From the sequence record NC_049849.1: a stretch of DNA of 64,000 bases; one strand, 5' to 3'. Position 1 is the stretch's first letter. The number at the start of each line of letters is the position of its first letter. A model generated the notes under the pieces. The model was not told the DNA's origin. It made no database searches and worked only from the letters and a program-made list of their open reading frames with translations. This document shows, in pieces, positions 35,287-44,011 of the stretch. Made by a program: the position numbers and the translations under genes.

Positions 35287-35795
35287 ATACGTACACTTTG
35301 GTTCTACTTCTCGTTTCTCTCATCACTGCCTTCTGGCAAGGCATGCGCCGAAAGAGCATCGAGCGCTACGCCAATCGAATGCGGGAGCGCAACAGTATTC
35401 TGCAATGTCAGCTGGACTCGTTGAAAGAATCTTATGTCGTGCGCAGTTCGCAACGGCGCGAGCGTGAGCTTTGTTCCATTGTGACGTGCTTTCATAGTAT
35501 GCACATGCTGGACAAGGATTACCCGAACAGTCAGCTGCACCTGGATGTGAAAGACGCATTGAGCGGAGCACGTCTGGCAAACTTTGAGCATGACGGTATT
35601 CAAGGCACTTGCTACTACAGCGCCGAGCGCGATATGTGGGAAGGTCGCGTACTGCTCGAAGATGAAAACCTGCAGTACTACGCGCTGACTATCGAAGGCG
35701 CAGAGAAAGAATTTCACGGAAAACTAGGGGCACGAGAACATGACCTCAAGAAAGAAGCTGATCGCGGAGCGGGATCGTCAACGGAAGAAGCTTGA
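35283..35795 (+). CDS. hypothetical membrane-anchored protein
   Basis: N-terminal hydrophobic helix. Confidence 0.5.
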   Translation: MNTYTLVLLLVSLITAFWQGMRRKSIERYANRMRERNSILQCQLDSLKESYVVRSSQRRERELCSIVTCFHSMHMLDKDYPNSQLHLDVKDALSGARLANFEHDGIQGTCYYSAERDMWEGRVLLEDENLQYYALTIEGAEKEFHGKLGAREHDLKKEADRGAGSSTEEA

Positions 35796-36168
35796 CGCCG
35801 AACGCGAACAGGCAGCGCTGCAAGCAAACTATGAGCGCCTGGCTACTATGTCGGGCGGCTTTGCTAGAGGCGGCGCTGCCAAGACCGGCTTGAAAGACAA
35901 GCAAAAGAGGTTTGATGCGGCTGCACGTTTCGGAGTACGCTATTCAGAAGATGAAGGCGTAAAGATGAAAGCGCAGCCTTCGGTACCCAAAGTAAAAGCA
36001 GCACCGCAGTACGAATCCCATATGCTCGAGCGTGAGCATGAAGCCTTGGAGCAGACACGCAAACTCAAAGCGCGCGTCGGCATCGCGGGCAACAAGATGG
36101 GCCTTCAATACCTTACCGACTCTGACCTCGAAGACGAGAAGAAGGGTCTGCTACGCCGTCGTTCATAA
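35740..36168 (+). CDS. hypothetical basic protein
   Basis: 142-aa ORF. Confidence 0.5.
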   Translation: MTSRKKLIAERDRQRKKLDAEREQAALQANYERLATMSGGFARGGAAKTGLKDKQKRFDAAARFGVRYSEDEGVKMKAQPSVPKVKAAPQYESHMLEREHEALEQTRKLKARVGIAGNKMGLQYLTDSDLEDEKKGLLRRRS

Positions 36169-36183
36169 CTAGGAAATCTGACA

Positions 36184-37455
36184 ATGGAAAAGTCAACTCG
36201 CATCAATTGGTCTGTCGAAGAACAGAACCTGGTCGCTGGTCGTTTGTTTGTTCTGTGGAATGTTACCGGCGACAAGCCGACGATGAACCGGCTGTTGGAT
36301 CAAGCACAACGAGAAGTGCTGCCATCCAATCGTTGGCGCAATACGTTGTCTCCCAGCTCGTGCCTTAACGTCATGGCCCGATTCAACAAGCTTGCGGGGT
36401 TCCCCGTGGGCAAAGATCACTCGTCGCGCAAGCGCGTTATGAGCTACGCTTGGACGAAGGAAGAGTGCGAAGTGGTCGCGGACTTCGCTTGCGAAATCAT
36501 AACCAGCGATGGTCTGACGATCATCGGGGCAATCAATCAAGCTCAGTCGATCCTGGGCAAGACCAACAAGAAAGTCATTCGGCAAGCCAACGACGTGCGC
36601 TCCTATGCAGAGCATATGGCTCCGGTGTTCATCAAGCGCGGCTTTGGAAAAGAATGGCAGACGGTTGCCGACGTGCTGAACCCTGACCGCGATCCACTGT
36701 CGGAGCGCAAGGCAGTCGAAAACTGGCCGGGTGTGCGAAGTGAGCCTATTGAAGTACGGACGTTGCCGCCGGTCGAAGATGAGACGGTGCTTGCTCATCC
36801 GGGTGAGCCTCTGCCGGTCAATCAAATGCCGGAATCCATCGAGGCTCCGAAGCCTGCTCAAGTCAATCAAGACTTGGTCATGGCGATGGTGGAAGCGATG
36901 CGCCCGCAATTCGATGCGCTGGTGAAGAATGCAGCCAAAGCTGCGTTTATGCAGTTGACTGCGAGCGTGCCAGCGCTTATGGATGAAATGTTCCAGGAAC
37001 TTGCTGGCTCTCCCGGCATTGCCGTTGCGCGAATTCCGAACACTCCGGCAGCCGAGTCTTCACCAGCGAAAAAGCGTGGGCGTCCGCGTGGAATTGCGAA
37101 CAAGCCGAAGCCGGTCTACGAAGGCCCGACCAAAGCTCCTGACATTTCTACGGTCGAACGTCAGGACGTAGTGATTGCAGGATTCCGCGGCGCACATCTG
37201 TCTCCCATTTGGGATTACTTGGAACTGCGCTATGTCGAAGACAGCCGCGAACTCCTGCATGAAGTCGACACGAATACCATTCTCATCCATATGACGGATG
37301 GCAGCTTCACGGTGACGAAGGAAGCACGCGATGCAGCCGGTACCTATCACGCATGCCGCATGCCGGTTCACAATCTGAAGACCCTGTTGACCCGTCTGAA
37401 CAATGGCGCAGCGCTCGAAGCTGCCAAGAAGTCTGTCCGCACGTTCTCTGAATAA
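36184..37455 (+). CDS. putative DNA-binding protein: two Myb-like W[ST]xEE repeats and an AT-hook
   Basis: WSVEEQNLV...QAQ, WTKEECEVV...QAQ, KKRGRPRG. Confidence 0.6.
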   Translation: MEKSTRINWSVEEQNLVAGRLFVLWNVTGDKPTMNRLLDQAQREVLPSNRWRNTLSPSSCLNVMARFNKLAGFPVGKDHSSRKRVMSYAWTKEECEVVADFACEIITSDGLTIIGAINQAQSILGKTNKKVIRQANDVRSYAEHMAPVFIKRGFGKEWQTVADVLNPDRDPLSERKAVENWPGVRSEPIEVRTLPPVEDETVLAHPGEPLPVNQMPESIEAPKPAQVNQDLVMAMVEAMRPQFDALVKNAAKAAFMQLTASVPALMDEMFQELAGSPGIAVARIPNTPAAESSPAKKRGRPRGIANKPKPVYEGPTKAPDISTVERQDVVIAGFRGAHLSPIWDYLELRYVEDSRELLHEVDTNTILIHMTDGSFTVTKEARDAAGTYHACRMPVHNLKTLLTRLNNGAALEAAKKSVRTFSE

Positions 37456-37465
37456 GGAAACTGAA

Positions 37466-37717
37466 ATGCCGATTCTTCAAGGTCCCAGCGTTCCCGGTAC
37501 TGGTTACAAGCCTGTCATTGGCTTTCGGTACATGGTGGCAATCTCTGAAGGTCAGAAGACCGTGGCGTTTCCGGTCCGCAACCCCGAACCTGCTATCTCA
37601 ATCTACAAGAAGCCGAAGCTGAATCTGATTCTCTCGGTCAAGGTGCTGGTCAACAGCCTCGCATACGCAGCTCTGGTGGCTGTCATCGGCTTCTCTATTT
37701 TTAAGGCATTCGCATAA
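37466..37717 (+). CDS. small membrane protein
   Basis: AAGGAAA RBS; C-terminal TM helix. Confidence 0.55.
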   Translation: MPILQGPSVPGTGYKPVIGFRYMVAISEGQKTVAFPVRNPEPAISIYKKPKLNLILSVKVLVNSLAYAALVAVIGFSIFKAFA

Positions 37718-37974
37718 TGGCAAAACCTATTCCTGAAATCGGCGGCTTGATTGCTCTTCAGTCGAATCTGATTGAGCACATGGGCGCAAACCAGACGCCG
37801 GTCTATCGTGTGCGCTACAACAAGGACACCGACACCTGGGAAGCTGTGGTCGGCTCGCGTGGCGGATTCCTGCTGTTCCTGAATTCGCAACCGGAGCCTG
37901 AGCACAACTTTCTCCGCGTTTCTTCAATCATCAAGACGGGCAATGGCGCATGGGCCGATCCAGTAACGATCTAA
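37717..37974 (+). CDS. hypothetical protein
   Basis: TAATG coupling. Confidence 0.55.
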   Translation: MAKPIPEIGGLIALQSNLIEHMGANQTPVYRVRYNKDTDTWEAVVGSRGGFLLFLNSQPEPEHNFLRVSSIIKTGNGAWADPVTI

Positions 37975-38621
37975 ATCTTCACTCCAGTCCAAGCCTCGCT
38001 CATCTGTCCGAGTACGAGTATCAGAAGGCAATGTGCCTGCGTGAACGTTCGAAGTACACGAAAGCCATTGCCACTACGACTGCGGTGTTGCGTAAGTACG
38101 AGCAGCCGCACGAAGATGCGCTCAAGACCATCAAGGAACTGCGTACGCAAATCCGCGAGAACACGAAGGGTATGCCTACCGATCCGTTCGAGGACACGCT
38201 GTACATGGGCATGGCAGCGTCTCAGCGTGAGACTGATGCAGCGAAGGCAATCTGCAAAGGCCTGTACAAGGTGCTGGCGCAGAAGCTCCACCCGGACAAG
38301 GGCGGCGATCCTGAATTGTTCGCAGAGATTCACCAAGCCTACAAGCAGTACGATATCGACTTCTTGCGCATACAGTACACGCTGCTGGAGTCTGAGTCGA
38401 GCTTGAACTGGAAAATCTCTGAAGGCGTTGCCTTCTGGCACGCGCAGTGGGAGCGTGCCGCGCAGGACTTCAAAATCCTGCAAGAGTCAAAGTGGTTCAC
38501 GGTCGTGCGGTTCCATATGACTGGACAGCAGGCTTTGGCCGAGAAAGCTATGGCCGAAACTCTCAAACATCGAATCTTTGAACTCCGCTCCGAGTTCAAT
38601 CACCTGGTGACGAAGAAATGA
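37950..38621 (+). CDS. J-domain (DnaJ-like) protein
   Basis: YKVLAQKLHPDKGGDPELFAEIHQAY with the HPD triad; start uncertain. Confidence 0.75.
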   Translation: MGRSSNDLNLHSSPSLAHLSEYEYQKAMCLRERSKYTKAIATTTAVLRKYEQPHEDALKTIKELRTQIRENTKGMPTDPFEDTLYMGMAASQRETDAAKAICKGLYKVLAQKLHPDKGGDPELFAEIHQAYKQYDIDFLRIQYTLLESESSLNWKISEGVAFWHAQWERAAQDFKILQESKWFTVVRFHMTGQQALAEKAMAETLKHRIFELRSEFNHLVTKK

Positions 38622-38650
38622 AAGCGAAAGGAATGAAAGCGAAAGGAATG
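38618..38650 (+). repeat. 15-bp tandem duplication ATGAAAGCGAAAGGA x2 + ATG
   Basis: Seen directly at the gene start; gives three in-frame ATGs. Confidence 0.8.
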
Positions 38651-40348
38651 ACCGAGTACCGCATCGAGGTTCGCAACGATCCAGAGTGCTACTATATCAA
38701 ATCGCAAAGCCTGAACGCGCTGATCGAAGAACTGCAGCACGAAAGCCATGTGCATGGATTCACGCTGGAAGAAATCACGCGCATCACTCACGCGGGCAAC
38801 GACATCACGCTGTGGCCTGTGAACACCAAGGCCGAGCAGAAGACCGTGAAGAAGCCCCGCGCTAAGAAAGCAAAGAATTCCACGGGCAAAGCCTTTCAAG
38901 TCTACACAGGCTCGGAAGAAATTCTCACGTTCTACTTCGACTCAATAGAAGCGATGGTCGAGACGCTGGCAGAGTCTGAAGGTATCCGTATGGAAGCGCC
39001 GGAGCGCAGCATCCACATTCACGATGTGGATCACATCACGGAAAAAGACACGGGCACTGTGGTCTGGAAGTATGAAGACCTGTGCCATACTTTGCGGTAC
39101 GTCACAGGTGTCAAGACTTACGATCTGGTGACGTACAATACGCTGCCCCGCCTTCTCAAGGTACTCAGTACCAGCGGCTACGAGGCGATACACGCAGTAG
39201 TCACCCCGGAAAACACGGCTTGGATCAAGAACAAGGGCAAGATCGTGTGGAAGAATAACTCTTTGACGAAGACTCAACAGAAAGCAATGAAGAAGGCCAA
39301 GCCCAAAGCTGTGAAGTCGCCGAAGCTCCAACAATTCCAGGTGCATCTGAACTACGCCGACGAAGTTCTGGATTACTCTTTCAAAGACTCAGCCAGTCTG
39401 CTGAAGTACCTCAAGGCTCCGGACTCCGACTTGGACTTCTCTCTGGAAGATATCAAGTACATCACGCTCGCAGATTCGGATGAAGTGATCTGGAAGCCTA
39501 GTGCTCCAAAGGCTGCCAAGCCCAAGGCAAAGAAGGAAGCCCCGACTCACATTTTGTACTACCATGATGCGTTGGCCGTGCATCGTGAAGTCAAGGGCGT
39601 AGCGATTCAAGCTACTCTGAAGTCGATTCTCAGCGACATTGAAACGCACGGCGTGCTGATGATCCACGGCCACACCATCCATATGTCGGGCCTGCTGTGG
39701 GTCGAAGCCGAAGACACTGGTGAAGTCGTGTGGGGCGCACGGCCTGAAAATCCGCCGGTGCGAAAGCTGGAGCCGCACGAAGAAGAGTACTATGTATATC
39801 ACTACAACGACAATGGCGACCTCCAGTCGGAGTACACCAAAGAGTCGTTGGCCGTTTTGCTTGCTCGCATCGGAGGTACCGACGCCCTCACCGTTGGGCA
39901 GAAGCTGATCGAAGTGCGCAATATCTCGCATGTCGGAGAAGTTGTCAGCGGCAAAACTGTGTGGACGAATCGCGTTCAGAACTTCACCATCCACACGGAA
40001 GCTGGCGACAACTTCGTGATTCAGAAGTACTCGTTGAAAGAATTGCTGCAAGAGCTGCGCAGCGAGCGGGGTCTGGATTACTGCGTATACACGTACTGGA
40101 TCAGCGAAATTCAAATGATCTGCGCCGAGGACGGTAAGGTGCTGTGGAAGGCTGAGCCGATGACTGCAGAGAATCAAGTGCCGGTCTCGAAGGAATCAAT
40201 GGCCATGACTGACGCAGCACTCGGTATCGTGCGCTTGCCGTCGATTGCGCTCTACACGGAAACCTATACGCTGTTGAAGAAACGCGCAGACGAAGCAGGC
40301 ATGATTATGACCGCGTACATCAGACAGGTGTTGGAAAAAGCCAAGTAA
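38618..40348 (+). CDS. multi-repeat protein with a C-terminal ribbon-helix-helix-like domain
   Basis: About 7 degenerate ~65-70-aa modules ending (D/E)xGxV[VIL]W; C-terminus SIALYTETYTLLKKRADEAGMIMTAYIRQVL. Confidence 0.65.
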   Translation: MKAKGMKAKGMTEYRIEVRNDPECYYIKSQSLNALIEELQHESHVHGFTLEEITRITHAGNDITLWPVNTKAEQKTVKKPRAKKAKNSTGKAFQVYTGSEEILTFYFDSIEAMVETLAESEGIRMEAPERSIHIHDVDHITEKDTGTVVWKYEDLCHTLRYVTGVKTYDLVTYNTLPRLLKVLSTSGYEAIHAVVTPENTAWIKNKGKIVWKNNSLTKTQQKAMKKAKPKAVKSPKLQQFQVHLNYADEVLDYSFKDSASLLKYLKAPDSDLDFSLEDIKYITLADSDEVIWKPSAPKAAKPKAKKEAPTHILYYHDALAVHREVKGVAIQATLKSILSDIETHGVLMIHGHTIHMSGLLWVEAEDTGEVVWGARPENPPVRKLEPHEEEYYVYHYNDNGDLQSEYTKESLAVLLARIGGTDALTVGQKLIEVRNISHVGEVVSGKTVWTNRVQNFTIHTEAGDNFVIQKYSLKELLQELRSERGLDYCVYTYWISEIQMICAEDGKVLWKAEPMTAENQVPVSKESMAMTDAALGIVRLPSIALYTETYTLLKKRADEAGMIMTAYIRQVLEKAK

Positions 40349-40357
40349 TCGTAAATA
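40349..40357 (+). promoter_or_regulatory. TCGTAAATA motif
   Basis: Intergenic, 24 nt before ATG 40381. Confidence 0.6.
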
Positions 40358-40380
40358 TCAATTTCACAAGGCGCATTTGA

Positions 40381-40683
40381 ATGAATCCCAACACCAAGCT
40401 CAGTCTGCCGATAATTGAGTTGTATGTTGCACAGTTCACGTACACGGTACTCCCTTCGGGGCGCGCTATCGTGTGCGAGGCTACGTTGAACAACGGCCAC
40501 TGCGTTCACGGCATTGCCAATGTGATCGACATTGAAAACTTCGATCAAGCGGCCGGTGAAAGCGCTGCAAAGCGTAAGGCGCTGGACGCAGTCGCCGAGT
40601 ACGCGGCCTACGACATGCAGACGCAGATTAGCCGCATCCGCATGGGTGTGACGCCTGATACCCTGGGCGTTCTGAAGAAGTAA
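40381..40683 (+). CDS. N4 gp49/Sf6 gp66-family protein, Tad1-like (candidate anti-Thoeris/CBASS sponge)
   Basis: IVCEATLNNGHCVHG...DIENFDQAAGESAAKRKAL...Y matches the family pattern C.L.NGF.V.G.S...D..NFD..IG...A. Confidence 0.55.
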   Translation: MNPNTKLSLPIIELYVAQFTYTVLPSGRAIVCEATLNNGHCVHGIANVIDIENFDQAAGESAAKRKALDAVAEYAAYDMQTQISRIRMGVTPDTLGVLKK

Positions 40684-40688
40684 CACAC

Positions 40689-40763
40689 GGGCCTGTAGCT
40701 CAAGGGTAGAGCAGTCGACTCATAATCGGTTGGTTGCGGGTTCGAACCCCGCCGGGCCTACCA
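40689..40763 (+). tRNA. tRNA-Ile2 (anticodon CAT, lysidine type; Met not excluded)
   Basis: Full cloverleaf, anticodon loop CTCATAA, TTCGAAC T-loop, encoded CCA; anticodon arm resembles bacterial ileX. Confidence 0.88.
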
Positions 40764-40783
40764 AACATACACAAGGAACAGTG

Positions 40784-41161
40784 ATGCTTTTAACTGGCAA
40801 GACCGTAGACGGCAAGGACGTGGAGTGGAACGTACTGGGTGTGCAGAAGCATGCCCTGTACAAAGCATGGCTGCGTTGCAAGGATGAGAACTCGATCATC
40901 TACGTGTGGACGGAAATGCAGAAGGATCGCAAGCCCTTCTTTCGTTTCAATGCTGAAGTAGCTCTGCTCTACTGCCCTGGTGACTACAAGCTGGCAGCGA
41001 CATTCGAAGTGGACGGCTACAAGATTCATGTGCTGAAGAAGCAGAGCGTGCCGATCCCTTACATGCGCGTCAAAGAGGAGCAAGACAAGGGCGCACCAAG
41101 ATCAAGCAGTGGTTCAATCGCATTGAGCGTATCGAGTCCGACGACAAGGAGTAACCCGTGA
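40784..41161 (+). CDS. hypothetical protein
   Basis: AAGGA RBS; start refined. Confidence 0.55.
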   Translation: MLLTGKTVDGKDVEWNVLGVQKHALYKAWLRCKDENSIIYVWTEMQKDRKPFFRFNAEVALLYCPGDYKLAATFEVDGYKIHVLKKQSVPIPYMRVKEEQDKGAPRSSSGSIALSVSSPTTRSNP

Positions 41162-41376
41162 GCGAGACCACGCAAGAAGCCCTCAAGAAAGTCATGGAGC
41201 ATATGCAATCTCTCAGCAGTGAAGAGCTTCATGCTCAGCTGGCTGAGTACTCGAACGACCCGATGACTTTGGCTTTTAAAGAAGCCGGCGAGTTCATGGA
41301 GTGGCTCAACGAGAAAGCCGAGGCTGATCCTGAGTTCCGGGAAAAGCTGCGTTTGCTATCTGCGCAATCGGAGTGA
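41158..41376 (+). CDS. hypothetical protein
   Basis: GGAG RBS, GTG start. Confidence 0.5.
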   Translation: MSETTQEALKKVMEHMQSLSSEELHAQLAEYSNDPMTLAFKEAGEFMEWLNEKAEADPEFREKLRLLSAQSE

Positions 41377-41466
41377 GAAATGATCTACTGGGTTAAGCAC
41401 GGCGTCATGACGATGCCGCACTGGATAATGCACTGATATCCTGTCGGTGCCAGTGCGGCCAAGGAT

Positions 41467-41739
41467 ATGGCCGTGCGAGAATCAAACAAAGCAGTACGAA
41501 TGGCAGAAAATGCCCGCATCAAAAACAAGCGCAAACGCTACTGGGGTGGAGATAACGACCCGCGCCGTGCAGGCAAAGCGTATCAAACCCCCAAGGCTTG
41601 CGCTTGTTGGATGTGCCAAAACCCTAGGCGTTCTTATACGGACGACACTCCGCGTGGTATGACCCACCAGGAAGCGTCTGACCATGAGTTCGCAAATCTC
41701 TTTACTGGATATCTTGATGACCGTGATTCAAACGAATGA
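41467..41739 (+). CDS. hypothetical basic protein
   Basis: AAGGA RBS; CACWMC motif. Confidence 0.5.
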   Translation: MAVRESNKAVRMAENARIKNKRKRYWGGDNDPRRAGKAYQTPKACACWMCQNPRRSYTDDTPRGMTHQEASDHEFANLFTGYLDDRDSNE

Positions 41740-42055
41740 AGCCGCTTTTGGCGGCGACGTTCTGACTCAAAACATTCCTGTGGTCGTTCGCTTCAGCGCT
41801 CCGTGGTGTGGCCCCTGCCGCAGCTACGCGCCGATGTTCGACAAGGCAGCTACTGAGCTGCAAGGCAAGGTCCGTTTTGTTCTCGTCGAAGCCGACGACA
41901 ATCCGGGTCTGACGCAGCAATTCAATGTGCGCGGCCTGCCGACCACGCTGTTCTTCAGCCAGGGTGAAGTCAAGGCTGCAGTCACCGGCGTCATGACTTC
42001 GCTGCAGCTCAACGAGCGCCTGGCTCGTGAGTTTCCCGAAATCGTAAATACCTGA
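41717..42055 (+). CDS. trxA: thioredoxin
   Basis: FSAPWCGPC active site, cis-Pro loop RGLPT. Confidence 0.92.
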   Translation: MTVIQTNEAAFGGDVLTQNIPVVVRFSAPWCGPCRSYAPMFDKAATELQGKVRFVLVEADDNPGLTQQFNVRGLPTTLFFSQGEVKAAVTGVMTSLQLNERLAREFPEIVNT

Positions 42056-42078
42056 CACGACAACAATACGAGGTCCCC

Positions 42079-42306
42079 GTGTACGAAGGCAAACAGTTAT
42101 CGAAAGTTCCTTTTGATGAAGTCCAACTCGGGGACTTCGTTCAGTCCCACGCTACGCGCAACATCGGAGTCATTACCGCAAAGATTCCGAAAGAGCGCGC
42201 ACGGCTCGCAGAGGACGGCGAGTTGATTATCAAGTGGGAATCGAATCGTCAGTCGTGGGCGTATCACTACCATTTTGATCGCGTTACCTACAGAGGACAC
42301 AAATGA
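42079..42306 (+). CDS. hypothetical protein
   Basis: GAGG RBS, GTG start. Confidence 0.5.
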   Translation: MYEGKQLSKVPFDEVQLGDFVQSHATRNIGVITAKIPKERARLAEDGELIIKWESNRQSWAYHYHFDRVTYRGHK

Positions 42307-42518
42307 GCAGTCCCAATCAAGTCTTGCTTGACCGGTATCAGGAACTCCACAACATGATGGTGCTAGTCACTGCTCAAATTCAGAAGGCTGACATTGACTG
42401 GCGGCATCTTGCGGCAGCAGGCATTACGGTGGTCGCAGTTTCGCAATTGCGCAAGGCCGAACCTACGTTGTCGCTCGGCCAGGCACTTGAAAAGGTGCGC
42501 GCTTTTCAGAAATCGTAA
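42303..42518 (+). CDS. hypothetical protein
   Basis: Coupled 71-aa ORF. Confidence 0.5.
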   Translation: MSSPNQVLLDRYQELHNMMVLVTAQIQKADIDWRHLAAAGITVVAVSQLRKAEPTLSLGQALEKVRAFQKS

Positions 42519-42521
42519 ATA
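42513..42521 (+). promoter_or_regulatory. TCGTAAATA motif upstream of tRNA-Arg
   Basis: Exact motif 20 nt before the tRNA. Confidence 0.6.
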
Positions 42522-42540
42522 CATCAAGTAGCAAACATGA

Positions 42541-42617
42541 GTCGCGTTAGCTCAGTGGATTAGAGCAACAGCCTTCTAAGCTGTGGGTCATTGGTTCGAA
42601 TCCAATACGCGATGCCA
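42541..42617 (+). tRNA. tRNA-Arg (anticodon TCT)
   Basis: Full cloverleaf GTCGCGT/ACGCGAT, anticodon loop CTTCTAA, TTCGAAT, CCA end. Confidence 0.93.
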
Positions 42618-42641
42618 ACAATCTCAATTTCAGAGACCTGA

Positions 42642-42887
42642 ATGAACGAACTTAATCTGGTTCAGAAGCGCATCGCCAAAGTCATCGCTGACTATGCCGG
42701 CATCGCCGAAGAGCACATTTCGGCTGATGCAGACTTCGAAGCGTTTGATCTTGATAGCCTTGATGAGGTCGAAATCATCATGGAAGTCGAAGATGAGTTC
42801 ATGATTGAAATTCCCGACGACGAGCTGAGCAACGTTCGCACGATTGCGCAGCTGGCCGATATTGTTTCTGCAAAGGAATATTCGTAA
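42642..42887 (+). CDS. acpP: acyl carrier protein
   Basis: Acidic 81 aa; DLDSLDEVEIIMEVEDEFMIEIPD with the phosphopantetheine Ser. Confidence 0.9.
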   Translation: MNELNLVQKRIAKVIADYAGIAEEHISADADFEAFDLDSLDEVEIIMEVEDEFMIEIPDDELSNVRTIAQLADIVSAKEYS

Positions 42888-43190
42888 ATGGAAAGAATGC
42901 CGGAGCTCTCCGAGAACGCAGCACTCCTGATCGCTAGTTTAGAGGCTTCGGTGCTGTATCGTGCCAGTATCGCGGATGCACAAAGTTTCGATGGCACCCG
43001 CGCTACTGATTTCGTAAATAAAGACAGACGGGCTTTGATAAAGTACGTTGCGGCTCTCGAAACCCAAGCAGCGAAGCAGGCAAATCCTGATGCGCAGATT
43101 GCGAAGATGAAAGAGCAACTCAAGAAGCTGCGTAAGAAAAACAAAGAGCTACGTGCAGTAGCACCCGGACGTTCATACATTCTCAAATAG
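42888..43190 (+). CDS. hypothetical coiled-coil protein
   Basis: TAAATG coupling. Confidence 0.5.
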   Translation: MERMPELSENAALLIASLEASVLYRASIADAQSFDGTRATDFVNKDRRALIKYVAALETQAAKQANPDAQIAKMKEQLKKLRKKNKELRAVAPGRSYILK

Positions 43191-43204
43191 GACTTACCCT
43201 ACCC

Positions 43205-44011
43205 ATGAAGAAAGCAAAGAAAGACCCCGGCGCTCTGCTGAAGAAAAAGAAGAAGGCAGCCGCCGAAGTCGAAACCACGACCAAGAAAAAGAAGGTCGAT
43301 GGCAAGGCCGACAAGGCAGTGAAGATCAAGAAGTCGGTTGATGACGCCAAGAAGCTGAAGAAGGCCGAGAAGGTTACCAAGGGTAATCCTGAAGGCAAGA
43401 AGAGCAAGGCCGACAAGGGATTGACTCCTCTGCAAAAGGCGCAGCTGGCGAAGAAGAATGGTACGGCCAAGCCGAAGGCCAAGCGCAAGCCGTTGCCTAC
43501 GTGGAAGGCTCCCTCTGATCTGAAGCGCTACGCATTCGAGATTCGCTTCACGACCGAGAAGGACGGCATGCCTGGTTCGACCATCAAGGTCACGCGCTAT
43601 CAAGGCAAGATCGAAGCAGACAAGGACCCGCGTAAGATGTGGGACCTGGCGACCTACGATCCGCAAACGGTCATCGGTATCGCAGCACGTCTGTCTCTGA
43701 CGCTGTTCCATGCAACGGGCAAGCCTTCGAGCAAGGGCGTTCCGTCGCGTCTGCAAGGCAAGACTGAGTACATCTTGCACGGCGCCGTCGGCCCGACCAA
43801 GGAAGGCAAGATCAAGGCTGCAATCGCCAAGGTCTTCGTCGAGCAAGCGAACAAAAAGGGTAAGGTCGTTCTGGTCGAACTCGACAAGAAAGATTACCAG
43901 ACCAAAAAGATTCGCAAGGTCAACAAGTACTTTGCGGGTGCATTCGCCAACGTGATCGCCGAAGCTCCGAAGCATGAGCGCAAGCGTCGCAAGGAAGCGG
44001 ACGACGAATAA
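43205..44011 (+). CDS. hypothetical protein with Lys-rich N-terminal third
   Basis: 268 aa, strong codon bias. Confidence 0.7.
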   Translation: MKKAKKDPGALLKKKKKAAAEVETTTKKKKVDGKADKAVKIKKSVDDAKKLKKAEKVTKGNPEGKKSKADKGLTPLQKAQLAKKNGTAKPKAKRKPLPTWKAPSDLKRYAFEIRFTTEKDGMPGSTIKVTRYQGKIEADKDPRKMWDLATYDPQTVIGIAARLSLTLFHATGKPSSKGVPSRLQGKTEYILHGAVGPTKEGKIKAAIAKVFVEQANKKGKVVLVELDKKDYQTKKIRKVNKYFAGAFANVIAEAPKHERKRRKEADDE

